From Raillietiella orientalis (lineage: Eukaryota), in contig JAYWIR010000017.1 in NCBI GenBank assembly GCA_036172245.1, forward strand, positions 1,798,001 through 1,862,000: 64,000 nucleotides of DNA, written 5' to 3'. Positions 15,100 through 28,599 of this stretch are shown piece after piece. The first letter of the stretch is position 1. Every line of letters begins with the position of its first letter. The notes below the pieces were generated by a model, which did not search any database, was not told the DNA's origin, and was given only the letters and a program-made list of their open reading frames with translations. Both the position numbers and the translations under genes were made by a program.

Positions 15100-17300
15100 T
15101 TTTACATGCCATGAAGGCATACCTTTCGTATTCCATAAGTATAGCGGCGCTAATTTCTTGTACACGAAACTGATTTGGCATGGACGTGTGATCTGGTCCT
15201 CAAAAGTAGCACACTTTTAAAATATTTTTCAGCACAAAAGGCAATATTATGCAACAGAAGCACGCAAAAGATGGAAGGGTGTGTATCAATACCGAGGAAT
15301 TTATCCTTCTGTCCCGAGGGGAATAGGAAAACAGATCTTCGAGACCCTTGTGTAGTTCAAGCCACTGTGGGCAACGACAAGACGAACGATCTGTAGCTTG
15401 TTTGAGGAAGAGGATCAACATCATCAGCAAAATTCTCTGTCATTCAGGATGAGTGCGTATTTTTATTGCCTTGTTTACTTTCATATATTGGAGGTCGCTA
15501 CAGCACCATTACAGGTCATCAGATGCAATAAGGTAAACAGAAATTTCAGTCAACCTTTAGATATTTTCGGGATCACCATACAGACATCACAGATTTGCTT
15601 TAGACATCCATGTATATGAGTGTACGTTCTAGCTCACCAAGAACGAAAGCACACATGCAAGTTCATGATTTCCTTGTTGATACTGCTCTTTAATCATTAC
15701 TAACGAAGCTGGAAGAAAGCATTTTTTTTCTATTTCTTTTTTTTTGCACGTCTCCAATGACCAAATCCCGAGAGTGTTCTGGAAACGAAAGGTCTTAGCA
15801 ACGTAGATGCGCTATCAGACCTGCAGATTGCCCAATTTCGGTGCGTACGTCTTCGGCTGCAGTTATGAAGAGTTCACCATCGAGAGGATTCTTTTTGCCA
15901 AACTGCAAGAGAGCGAAAGTGAATTCCTCTCAAGGAAAGAACCTCAGCAGAGAAGCTGACTGCGTTCGGTTTTCGATGACAAGGATGTAGGTTTCATCGT
16001 TGCCATCACTGAAATTTATTTCCTGAGCTTTCGGTAACTGAGATACTATTTCACACTGCTGAAAAATAATTCAATCTCCATGCATTTCAGTGACCGCGTA
16101 TCGCAAGATATAAAACGTCATAAAGGAAGTGAGTGCTTTTTTTTTTTTTCCACAATGGAATGTACTATGAAAAATTTTTCTCAGGAGTGGTTAAAAATTG
16201 CGTGCTACAACTTGAAGGGCTGCTTCAAAAGAATCGGGAAGTACGATCCGTAGGACGGGTAAGGCTGGATAATTGCTCTTTGACAAGTATTAATTTCTAG
16301 CTCGAAGAAACAAAAAAAAAATCCTGATTAATGAAAATCGTTGTTCTTTGATCCACGGACATCAGTATTCGAATGCTGTCTCGTTTACCGGGAGCTGCAC
16401 GTTGCAACTGTAGAGGGATTCCATTTCGAGAAGTTCCATAGCTCCTTGGAAACAATGGGAACAGGTGTTCTTCGTGATAGAGCCATAAACACTTCAGACA
16501 GCATCTGGAAGCTGTGCAGCCCAAACGAGAACTTTTTCAGGAAGCTCTTCAGAATAAAGACAGGCAACCCGCTGTGGTCTGAATTCTTGTTTAAACCGAT
16601 ACATGACTGCTAATCTCAGTTATTTAGTCCGGATCTTTCTAAGAGTATGGGTCGTAGAAGCAGATAGATGCTCTTCTCTAAACTCCGGCTCTTGTGTGTG
16701 CTGCGTGGCTGGCAATGGCGTGGTCAAGAAATCGAGAAAACTCGTCCGGACAGATTGTCGGAATTTGAGGCTGGAAGTCAAGATGGTGTACGAATGCCAT
16801 CAAACATGCAACAAGCATGAAAGAAAAAAAAAAAAAAATCTGCTCAAAACAAGTTGCAGGAGCGATCATCTGCATGTGCTTTCCACATATGCCTCCTTCG
16901 ATAATAACACCAGTGTTTAATTACAACATGTAGGCATGTGCCTAAAATGGATCCAGTGCATAGAGACAGCAACACGCTTAGGTTATCTGTAAAAAGGCAT
17001 ATGAGGAGACTGCTTTTCTGATTTCTTTTTCTCTCGCGAAAACACGGATTATCTGAAGCCTGAACCATGCTCCAGAGGAAGGAACTTTGCGATCCGAGGA
17101 TTTCTTATACTCCGCTAATTTTAAAATGAATCAATTTTGCCCTGAGTAATAACTTTTCCCTCTTGCGCTTGCTAGCCCGACTCTTTTTGGTACCAGCTTC
17201 TACTTAGAACCGGGTACCGAAAGCTTCCAGATTTCGATCTCCATCTTCATCAGCCCTACAGAAGCTTATAATGAGATCCACTATCCGTTCGGTAAGTGCA
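15100..17300 (-). mobile_element. Decayed non-LTR RT relic
   Basis: A W..LPDA..SV..G.I-like segment at about 16520-16470 resembles WLDL.NAFGSV.H of R2/NeSL-group RTs. The extent is a guess. Confidence 0.3.
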
Positions 17301-19399
17301 GTAGAGTTGATAATTTGAACAAATGTAAAATACAAGACGGGACTACTGAATATCAAAGAGGCTTCATTAATAAGCGAAGCAGGGTTAACTGGACCAAACT
17401 TTCCTGCCAGATTGATGGTGGCATCTGAGAGCTCAAGAAGTGCTGATAAATAAAATCGATAATTCCTGGAAGAGAGAACTAAAGGTAATTTCCTTCGAGC
17501 ATGTACATATCATTTTCCACTCCATTTTCACATAGTAACAGTAAGTTATTGCTCGCGGCTCGGTGCAAGGAGAGCTGAACTTAATCTTCATGCAATGATA
17601 GATGAGCATGTTTGAATTTGGATCCCGAAACTGCCTCCTAAGAAAGAAACATATTCATTCTAGACAGCAAGAAACACAGCCCTCTTGGGTTTGATGTGTT
17701 GTCTTTTGACTCCTTGTTTTTGCTGTACGATTCGAGCTCGTGTAGGAGAAGGCTGTGAAGAAAACTTCTCCATCCTCTTTTCTATAAAAAAGTGTGCTAG
17801 AAAATCGACAAGAAACCAAGAATCTTCATATACCTTATCGACTATCCTGAATCCCTGGTGAAACGTGGATTATTGTCCATGAGCTCGAGTGATTCCAGAT
17901 TCCATCTGTTTTGGAATTCGCTCCGATTCTCAGGAAGAAAAAGATAAAGCGATCGAGAAAATTGGTTTATCTTTACCCAGATTTTTGTTCCGTGCGCTGC
18001 TGGTTTGACTTTCGTTTCTCATGCCTTACCAAACGGTTCTTTCAGTTGCCACCTGCGAGTCGGAGAGAAGGGGCTGAAGGTCATTTCCAAGTTTCTGGGA
18101 GGAGATTGCTAATGAACGAAGTAGAATTTCATAAGTGAGGACAAAAACGGTTTTCACAGAAAGATGAGATCTTGGGATTTTTCAGATCCGTGGATTGCAG
18201 CAACCTATAGATACCCGAAGAAAACGGTCGGTCATGTGAGAATACAGGACTACTGATTTGGTCCTTCTGGTGTGTAAAATCCCGAGAGAAGCATCTAAAT
18301 TAAACGGTCGTCGATAAGCTCCATTGCATCCTCATTTCTCGCGCATGATTCTCTCTCCTGAAGGAAAAAAGGAAGAAAAATCTGAATTTCTAAGAGCCTA
18401 CATCAATATCGAAAAGGTGTTTCCAAAGAAAAAAAAAAAAGATGCGATAAATTCTAGGAGCAGCAAAAGAGCGACAACAGAAATCTATCAAAAATCCAAC
18501 TATGTAGTGTACCTAAAGTTCCAGCAGCAAGTTCTGAGCTCGCATAATTTGTGAACACCTGGATAAAAGGAAGGTGGAATTCATATAGGGGAAATTCGGA
18601 GATTAAGAGATGAATTCATTTCATGAAGGTGGCACCAAGTGAAACCCCAGTAGCATCCCGTGACCACATACAACTCCATGCTTTTCTTATAGAAGGGGCA
18701 GATGAGAATGGATCCTCTCATGAAACCGGAAAAAAGTTCTACATAATTTTGCAAAGCACTTGCCATGGTGGAACACCGAATAAGATAAGAGCAAGTGCGT
18801 ACCTATTTTCTCTGTGAGCAAGTGGGAAGATAGGATTCATGAACCTTTTCAAGCAATGCAGATTTCAAGGTACTGGGTGCCTGAAGTTCTGAAAGCAATC
18901 TCGTTTCTACGGATGCTGCAACTTCGATCGCTATTTCAGAAGCTCTTCAACATTCCCTCGAGGTTATCTTGAAATACTGTGATATTGTTCAACATGCATA
19001 AGGACTCCGCTCCAGGAATAATGAAGAATATGAAGAGGAATTCCACGATGGTTCATATCGTTCCAGGCCATGGTCAACGTTCTGTTCCTCAACGGCCATC
19101 ATATCTCTCCTTGCACTATGGAATCGACAACTCTGTCGTCTGAAGCCGTTTATAATTCCTCAAGTGAGTGGAGTGAGAAACAAAACTGAGGTCAGGTTGA
19201 TTTTGACTTATCTTCCTCCTATTGATCGGCTACGAGGAAGTTTCAGTGTGATTGATTTTGCTTCTCCCTCCAACCTCCATGAATCCTACTTAGATATGGG
19301 AGCCTGAATTTCTCTGTGCTCATGATCGGTGAATCCTGATTAGATGGAACATGGCAGATCAACAAAGAGTGGATTCGAGAGAGTGGTTGGGAGAAGCAC

Positions 19400-22300
19400 A
19401 AAGAATCTTAGATCCTCGTTTCTTTGTCTCGAAGAACGTGCCAGTGAATTTACTGCAAAATCAGGCTCTGAAAGATTTGCTATGAAGACGGGGTAGACTT
19501 TTCTTTGCCTCCAAGCCACTATGGAGCGTGGCTCCAGTCCAAGGTAAAGTGCCTTAACCTCTGATCATCAAGGCTTCTATGCAAGTAGGCAGCCTCTGAC
19601 CATAACGTCTCTGACTACCTAAAGAAGCTGATGCTCAGGATGTTTGATGGTGGCATTTAGCTCAGGGCTTCCTATGGGATATCAGTGGAACTCTCAAATC
19701 AGCTTTGGTACAGTTTTCTGAGGAAATCTGCCTATCTTTCCCGAGGAGCACGACTCACGTGTTGTGCCATTCCGGGAACAAGCCCCTCCTTGCTGTAGAT
19801 CTTCGATTTCAGGAAGTCAGCAGCAAGGCGGCAGGAAGAAAACACCGACAGGGGATTTGGCACCGATTTTCTGGGAGCGTAGTGAGTTCTTCCGTCTCGA
19901 GAGATCAAGACGTAGCGGATCGAAGAGGAATTTGGAAACCGATATTTGAAAATTGAGGGAGAGTCGGGAGATATTCCCTCTTTTCCCGAGAGCACCTTGG
20001 ATGGCCTCCAGACTGCACTCGAGTATCGGATTCCTATTGACAGTCCTTTCCTCCAGGCCAAACAAACATCCAGGGAAGGTCTTGTTTTTCGAACCTCGTA
20101 GTGCTGTCTCCTCGGTGCTGGGGCCGGGCTCTTGTGGATAGAGTCACTGACTCTTTCCCTGTGAGTAGGAGTCCCTTCGAAGCTGGAGAAGGAGGGCAAA
20201 GAGGAAGAATAGGCTATTTTCCGCAAGGTTACTCGATGACTTCCCCTCGTTCGCCATCTTCTCCTCTTCTAGTCCGCTGAGTCTCGCTATTGGTCTTGCG
20301 GAGTTGTCTTTTTCGAAGCATCCACTCCCTGCAAGATGATTGTCTAAAATTTTTCTCCCTCGTAGGTGTGTTTTCCTCTTTGTTCGGCACCTTCCTCTTG
20401 AAGAAAATCGGAGGAAATTCTCGTCTCAAGAGGAACCGGAAGCGAGAATCTCTTGCAATCTCTTGCAATTTATGTCTCGCAGATCTCAAACTGCTAAGGC
20501 TGGACTCAAAGAGAAAACTATTTTCAATTTATTCGTAAAGCACTCGAAAGGACTGCCAGCGGGAGCGTCCGGTCACTGGGATGACATGCTGCTCCCTCTT
20601 CCAGAAAGATGTACCTGCGATTAAAGGGGCGGAAGCGAGACAACAGGGTAGAGTTCTCCGATGCATGAGAAGGCTTTCTATCCCCGAATGTCCCTGGCTT
20701 TCCCGGAGCTCTCATAGATTCCGAATCGCTGCCTGAATTTCAGGGAAAGACCCGGAGTCCGTGCAGACGAAATGGAAAGGAATATATCACTGAGAAGTCC
20801 ATTGAGGATGAGGAGCACAGCGACGAGGAAAGTACTGAAGCAGAGGAACAAGAAGAGTTTCTATGCAGAGGGCTCAGAACTCAGAGCAGCTCCTCTGCTG
20901 CACCCCCTATTTCGATCACTTGTGGATCGAAGGTCAGACGAAGGGGATTCCAACTTCCCTTTCCGGAATAAGATGCTCTTAAGCTGCTGAGATCTCATCC
21001 CTCTAGATGAAGTCTCCTGCCTCACTGCTTGGTTGTGAATAAACGGTCTACTCCCAGAATATCCCCCCTCCCCCCCCCCAATCTCCCTCTCAGACCCACT
21101 TGGAAAAACAGAGTGGAAGAGCTCTCAGGGTTCGGAAAGAAATCTTCCTGAAAGGCACATAAAGGCCGTCGTAGCTAAGAAAGTCCGTCGACCCCTCAGC
21201 CGAGTGTTTCCTAGGGGGTCATCTCTTCGGAAGGAAGACGCAGCTCTTCCTGTTTTGGAGGCAGCAATCGTGGTCCTCACAGATTCACTATGTACAGCTT
21301 GGCAGAGGGGCATGTTTCCCTTGTTTTTCTTCCAGGCTCCATGTTGTCTTCTCCCCGACGCCATTCCAAAGTGTCCTGCGTATCTTTGAGAGCTTTGTTC
21401 TTTCTCCTTCCGGAGGGACTCCTGTCTCCCTTACCCAACTCTCCCGACAGGATTTCATTGAGACGTGCTTCCCAATAAGCGCACATTCCAGTTAGGAGTT
21501 CACGAGCCGTTCTCAGCCTCAGAACTTGTTTTTAGTGCGATCACCTCCTTCAAGACCTCCTGTCTTCCAGAGACATCCACAGCACCTTTAGGAGTCGCCG
21601 ATCTAGCAGTCCACAGATGGTGTCCACAGCTCTCCGGATCACTAGGGACTCAAGAGAGGCTAAGCGAAAATCTGCTTCTCTAACAAAGCCGGAGGAGCAT
21701 AACGAAAGCTCCTGGAAGAGGAAGCAGCCTTGTTCCAGCACAAAAGATTCTGCTATTAGACCGAAGATCATCACTGTATCCTCTCGGAGGCTCCCTTCTC
21801 TCTGAAGGAGACTGGAGGTAGTGCCACTTCTATGTATGCCGTTTTTTCGTCTCTTCTCTTGGAAACGGGGAGTACATGGAATCCTTCCTTCTCTTTCCTG
21901 TCGCTTTTGCTTGCACATGCAGAGGCGCGCTCCCTGATCCCTTCCTACTCTCCTGGACCCTTTCGCGAGTCTCTCCAAACAAGGAGACCCATAGAAACCT
22001 CCCCTCCACTTTCTCCCTGCTCGCATGCCCACGATCATTTGGGGTCTCCTGCACTCACCAGAAAGCAGCGGACCATCCGTCATCCCGTCATGCTCATGGG
22101 TCTTCCTCCACTTCACTCAGTTCTTCTCAGCGATGGTTCCCGGAGAAACCAAATTTACCCCTCGCCCTAATCGCCCTTCCCAGAGTACCGTTCATCGCTC
22201 TTCGGGGCCACACCCCCTCCCGAAGTGGGTTTCGGGAATCTTTCAAAGCGCATAGTTCCCCTTCTCGGGTGCAATGGGGAGGATGAACAGCCAGCGGCAC

Positions 22301-22400
22301 ACGCGGCTCAGCGGGACCGTCTGTAGAGATCCTGGGTTCCTCGGACCGCTCTCTGAAAGCACCCTTCCAGCCCTGCTTCGCACCTGCTTGCTCCTGAGAG
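19400..22400 (-). mobile_element. Highly decayed LINE-like (probably APE-type) non-LTR retrotransposon
   Basis: Eroded motifs in order on the minus strand: FYGSP, VRTTIAASKTG..FRRDDPL (resembles RQGDPL, about 21220), ILECS (zinc-knuckle remnant, about 20020). Many frameshifts. Confidence 0.5.
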
Positions 22401-22499
22401 GGAACCCTCGAAGTGAAACCCCCTTTTCTTCCCTACGCTATCCTGGAACCAGGAACAGCTCACTCCTTTTCCTCTTCTGGTATTAGGGCTCGATCGATC

Positions 22500-25400
22500 T
22501 TTGCAAAGCTCTCCATCCAGGGAGTTTTCGCTCTCCTCGATACGGATCGCAAGGACCTACAATGTAGGCAGCCTTACGCTCATCCTCGAGACGGTTTCTT
22601 CCATCCAAGCATGCTGCGTCGGGAGTTGCAGCAGCCACGGATCTCCTGGACGTCCGACAGAGGCGGGCTAGCGAGGGGTCAATCGCTCGCGGCGCGCAGG
22701 TCGCCGGAAAAGACGGAGCCTTCTCTCCCTCTCTTACGCCCTGGAGGTGCCGTCCGGCTGCTTCTCCCTATTCCCGGCCACGCACGCTTTATCCTCCTGC
22801 TTTTTGGTTTCCGATGAAAGCGGGCGTCGACGAAGAGGAAGGAGGAAAAAAAACGATCTAGCCTCCTGCAGACACGGAGTTCGGGAAACGTGCACAGCAC
22901 GTGTTCCCCCACCGTCGTTTTTTTTTTCTTTTTGTGTCTCCTCGCGTCGGTGCGGCGGCTCAGACTGCGTGACGACCGCGCGTTGCTGAACTGGCTGCTG
23001 ACTTTGCAGCGCCGATCCTGCAGCCGGAGAGCCAAACCTTCGCGTGACGTCACATGGAGAGTGATGCGGTCCGGCAGTGATACAGCGGTGGGCGCGGGAA
23101 CTACCGGATCCAATTCCGTCACCAGTAAAGTGGGAATGCGAGTTTCGCCTCCCCGCTTCGGTGGAACCCGCTCAGAATTCTTTGACCCAGGAGGAGAACG
23201 TGAGGTGACCTTGGCACGTTCTCGGCCCACTCTTGTTCATGGCGAGTACCTCTACAATCCGGAGACGGCGACAGAGCCGTCGCAGCAACCAGTTTGGAGG
23301 ATGCCCTCGGGAAATCATAGAACGAGCGCAGATCATCTTTCCCAGCATGATCGCCTTCTGCTAGAGTCTGCGGCTCCATTGGCAGCCGACTGGCTCTTCA
23401 TTGAGGAACGCGTGGTCTAGATGGAGAGTCTCTGGATCGACATGGTCATTGTCGTCCATCGCATGCATCTCGGATGCGCTCCGGAAAGCAGTCGTTTCCC
23501 AAGAAGGTAGTGAAAGGAAAAGAGAGGAAAAGAAACGGCACTTTCCCTCCCGGCCGGTAGTACTGGCACGGCTTCATAAGAGGAAAAAGAAATCTGAAAT
23601 TCAGAAGCTGAAAGCAGCTTCTGTGGAGTCCTCCATCTTTTGCGGGCTCTTTTGTGGGTTTCATCCACTCCCAGATTCGTCCCGTGGTGCTCACATCTTG
23701 GAGCCCTCCTTCCGCCTGTGGAAAATCAGCTCAAGAGCTGCCGGTGCTAAGCCGTCTCTTTGCCGGGTCTCGCTCATGTCCGGTGGCTCACCAGAACGGG
23801 TCCAGAAAGCAGCGGCAGTGGCCTTGTCTCCGTGATAACGGAGGGGCAGCTCTAGATCCCGGCTTGCATTGGAATTCGGATCCCGGATTTTCGAACGGAA
23901 AGCTCCTAGGGGATCCTCCACTCCTCAGCTTCGGCTCCGGCAATCCAGGCACCTCGTTCTTCCCGCCGACCTGACCTTGATGGAGGTGCGTGTGTCTCTC
24001 CGAATCATCGCCCAGCTCGAGCCGAAAGGGATTCTAGGATTTTCATGCACGGACGGAAGCAGCAGAAATTTCTCATTGACTAAAGCCGCAGTTTTCCACT
24101 GTTTTGATTTACAATCAGATGGCATGTTACAGAGGAGGCTCTTGCCCTCTGTTCCTACTCTGTTCATCTGGTGTGCTCTCGTCGCCCCTCAGCATGTCGC
24201 TTCCTCGGCTTCCTGTTCTTCGTCTCGCAGGAGCTGACTGCAGGAGTTCTCCTGCCGCATCTGTTTGTCGGTCCTTAGTGTGATGTGAGCAGCATAGGTG
24301 TCTCTGGAGTACCGGATGCACGATGCATCCGGTGCCTCATCGATCCTAGGATGGATCGCAGAGTCCTTGGTAAGCCCGGAGCAGACTTACGCTGTCCCCG
24401 GGCAGTCCATGGATGAGAACCTCCTTTCCGCGCGCACTTGGTTTCAGCTACAGGAATGCCTTGCTTCGTACAGCCGCGCAGCAGCGTGAGCTCCTGCCGA
24501 CTGCAAGCGCCAGTGACTACAGGCGGAGGAAAAGCCGGGAGCCTTGGCAGTTGCAGTTGATCTGCACAAAACGTTCGACTGCGTCAACCAGGAACTTCTC
24601 ACGGAGTTGCTGGAGCGCCTCGGACTCCCGACGCACCTCCTGTACTGACGCTCCTGCTGGCTTAATGCGTTACTGAACTTTTATTTCCGCGGCTGTCACG
24701 TGTACGGCGTCGCCGCACGCAGAGGCATCAGGCAGGGCAACAGCTTGAGCCCTCTGCTCTTCAGCATCTACCTTGAGTTGGCACAGATTGACTCTGGCAA
24801 ACCGGCACAGCCTCTGCCTGTGCACTCTGTATGTGGCAGCCTGCGCGGACGACCTACTTCTCCTGCTTCCCATGTCCACTCCGGCAGCGAGGATGTCAAG
24901 GACTTCTTCGAGCTGATCCTCCGGGTGTGGGCATGAGCATCAACAGGACGAAGTGCACGGTAGTACCTCTGAGTGCGTCGTGTGAGGAGCAGGCCGACTG
25001 GATCCGCCTGGCAATCCCCACGGGTAGGTACTTCAATTAATTTGGCGTTCCGTTGGGCGACTTCTGCTCGTCAGAAGCATGGTCGGCGTGCCTTCAAAAG
25101 GCAGAGATGACTCTTGGCCCTTTCCTCGATGGCAAGTTCGTCTTGCCGGAGCGGGCTTCCATCTGGAACACCTTTGTTTCCCTCTCCTCCGCCCCTTATT
25201 TTTTGTTTGCCCGCCCCTTCATTCGGTGAAGATTCGGGTGCAGCGCCTCCTACGCAAAGCCTTGTGGGGCGCTGCAAGGTCCCGGATCCAACTGAAAGAC
25301 TTGGCGGCGCCGCACCAGGACGCCGGCTTGGGCATCCTCACTATCGACAAGATATTGCAGGTGCAGTTTCGACTTCTCCCCCTGTATGGGAAACTGTGGT

Positions 25401-26320
25401 CCTCGCACTGGTGTGCTCCGGCGCGCCACATCCTCCAGAGATGCGTTGGTAGCGCAAGACTTCTTTTACTACTGCCGCGCAAACGATTGGGAGATCTCTT
25501 GCAGGATTCGACACAGTGGTCCCGGATGGCCGTCACACCCCTTGCTGAAGCTCTGTCTGCCCTCAGGGCAAGCAATGACAACAGCCATACGGCGGAGTGG
25601 GAGTTCTCCGGCAACATTGCAAGAGTCGAAAAACTTCTGAACAGCTGCAAGACGAGTGAGTTGGTGGACGCCGCCACTCTTCGTTTTCGAACAAAGGGAC
25701 TGCTTCGGTGGAGTGAACTGCTTGATGTACCCCCCGAAGAACTTGCGTTTTCTCCCCTGTGTGTGGGCACGTCCGTTCCCGCTCTCTTCTCGGTTTCCGC
25801 TCCTGTGGAAACAGGATGTTCTGCTGTTTCTGCATTGGGAATTCCAGTGTAATCAGCGCAGACACCTGCTTTACGGGGGAGTTGTCTCCCAGAGCTGTTC
25901 CAGGTGCATGGCGATGGAATCACTCCCGCACTTGCTGTTGGATTGCATTGCCCTCGCGGACTTGTGGCGGGAACTCTCTTCGGCACTCCGTAGACCTCAG
26001 GACACCGCAGCGGACTCGCTGCGGCGATTTTTTACAAAAAGTGGACTGAAGAAAGGCTCTGGGATCGCAACAATCGATTGCATCCGCGCCATAGTGACAG
26101 TCATGTGCTGGAATCAAGTTCGCGGCGAAGAGAGGCCACCAGCATGGCAGCGGCCCTCATAAGGGCAGCAACAAGGTGCCCTCATCTGTCAGGAGTCTCC
26201 AGGGAGATCGTTACCATCCACAGTCGCTTCTGAAAATTAAGGAATATCGAAGACCCCTGTCCCCACCCTCCTATCTTTTTTTATTTATTCATTGTCCCCT
26301 CCCTCCGTTCCCTAGTTTTT
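22500..26320 (+). mobile_element. Degenerate L1/Tx1-like non-LTR retrotransposon ORF2 (APE-RT-zinc knuckle), frameshifted
   Basis: Collinear motifs: TYNVG (22555), VWRM, SPEQTYAVPGQSMDEN (about 24375), VDLHKTFDCVNQELL..LERLGLP (24559), RGIRQGNSLSPLLF (24721), CADDLLL (24842), GMSINRTKC, APHQDAGLG, CSRCMAMESLPHLLLDC (25896). Followed by a pyrimidine-rich 3' region. Confidence 0.9.
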
Positions 26321-26399
26321 GGAAGCCGGCTTGCGCGCCGGTGGTTATCCCGGGTGAACTTTTTTTTGACGTTTCGTGTTTCTGAGGAGATACCTTTCT

Positions 26400-28100
26400 T
26401 CCAGTCCTCCTTGTAGTTTGTTTTGTTCTTGTTTCAAAATAAACCTCCAAGAGCAATTGGGTTCAAACATCCTGTTTGAGTGCTTTTTAGGAATTTCGAG
26501 GTTCTGTAGCACTTCCTCGTTTCCTGGATTCCAGGCTCCCAGAGAGCTAGCAATGAAAGCATGCACTCTGCATTGCTTCCCCTCTCTTCCTAGCTGGAAA
26601 GCCTTGTATTTTTTGTGTTTTCTCCTCCTAGATGCTCTGAACGTCTCCTCCACCCTTGTTCGGATAGCACCCAGTCTGGCAATTAGGATCTGACCGCGGT
26701 GGCGCCCCGCTCAAACAGCCTCCCCGCCGATATGTTGATTCATCTTGAAGCGACTTCTCCGGCGAGGGAAGAAGAATGGGCGGCTTTTTTCTTTTCTTCT
26801 CAGCAAAAAGAGCTGATCAGAAAGGTGGAGAGGGGAGAAAGAGAGAGACGGCGGCTGCTTTGGTAGCCTGAGCTCTGGGCGGCACTTCCTTCCAGGTCTT
26901 CGGTCCTTGTTCTTTCCTTGCTGCGCCAGCTAGCGGAGGATGATGTCGGGAAACAGATGAGTCGGAAGCGCCACTCCACGGACGGGCTTTGAATCATCTT
27001 TCTCTAAAGCGAACCTCGCAAGCAAAGATTGGTGTGCTGCACGGGCACTGCTTCCAGCAATAGTGTGGCAGTGTGGAGACGGTCCCTCCGTTCTGCAACC
27101 CCGTGCTCCCCCGTCTTCGTGCCGAAGAAGCTGCTGCTCTGCAGACTTCTTCCCTCGCCCCTGGTGTCGAGGTGCTTGTTCTCTCCGGCGACCTGGAAGA
27201 AGAAAGCATGCAGTGGAGGAATACCCTGGCAATTTCCGGAGCATCCGATGAAGAAGCTGCGAGACAAATTCCCCAAGGCTGACGTTGGGTTCTGCGCTCT
27301 GTACCTTCCGGAGTGTTCAGTAAGCATTAGCCAACTCCACCGGATGCGTGTTCCAGGAATTCCCTTCCCACTTCCGGGAAAGCCCGTTTAGAAAGCTTTG
27401 CCTCCGGAGAAACTTGCTTGCTCTTCCCGTAGGTGACAGGAGACACATGTGGCAGAAGCTGACCGGCACAGACGTTCCCGGAAAGGCATCCCAGGGCGTG
27501 TGAACGTGCTGGATGCCAGGAACTCCAGCAGCAGCATCTTACCAGCGACTGCATTTCCAAGAAGGATGCCACGCAGATCGATAAGCATTGAAGGGTCGGA
27601 GTGCTTCTCATCGAGGCTGAGGGAACTCTATGCGTTCAGACAGGCGTGGCTTTATGGGCATCCTGGGAAGATGATTTGCAGAGGTGCATCTCACGAATCT
27701 TTTTATCTTCTCTTCTACATCCCTCCCTTTCTCCTCCCAAAGTCTGAGACTGCGATTAAATTAATGAAACGTCTCGAATTAGTCGTCCAGACCACTTCTT
27801 CTCTTTCCTTACGGAAGGTTCTTTTCATGAGGCGCCGGAGCATATTGAAGCGATGATCGGTTGCCTAGCGCTCGCGTCTGCCCTAGCTGTTAGTGATCGA
27901 AACTTCATTTCAAATGCGTATTCCGCTCATCGCTGCCAGATCCCTGCTTCATCCACAAGGATCGCTTACGGAATTCCGGATGGCTGCAGGAAGGCGGATC
28001 CGAACGCTCATGAGAATGGGAACTTTGGAATGCTTCCAGGTCTCTTGTCGGCAGGCCCCCGTCAAGCAGCTCGCAGGTACCTGGAGACGATGGACTCTCA
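26400..28100 (-). mobile_element. Decayed RLE-type (NeSL/R2-group) non-LTR retrotransposon
   Basis: C-terminal RLE signature RRRKHKKY...CRVHAFIASSLGAWNPGNEEVLQNLEI (ORF 26345-26653). A zinc-knuckle remnant STLPHY..C lies at about 27060. The upstream limit is uncertain. Confidence 0.75.
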
Positions 28101-28599
28101 TTCGATCAGCACGTGAGATGTAACGTGAAAATTAAAGAAAGGAATGGAGGGTCCCTAACACATCACTGGAGTTTCATGTTACGGGAGTGCCACCTATCCA
28201 TTGAGCCAGTGTGGGCATCAATAAGTTGGCGGACAGTTGTAGACTTTCGCTGCTAATAAACGTAATCTTGCTCAGAGGAGCGATCTGGTTGAGGTCAGAA
28301 ACAATTGTGGCCGGACAAGAATAATCTGGAAGCTTCGAGGATACTCATGCAGAAAAATCTGCAAATTCCAAAACTTACAGAGGAAACACTCAAAAAGAGC
28401 GATCCACCTTTCCGATCTGAAACAAATGATTCACTGTCCTTGTGCTTCCATGTCGGTAGGCGATCCGGGCACGCTGCTGCAAGAACGAGAGCTCTCAAGA
28501 GTATGCTGTTTCAAGAGTGCATGAGAATGGTCACGATACACTCACAGAAAGGTGTCCCTAAGTCGTTGGATATCCGAAGACTGACAACTACGATCAGAC

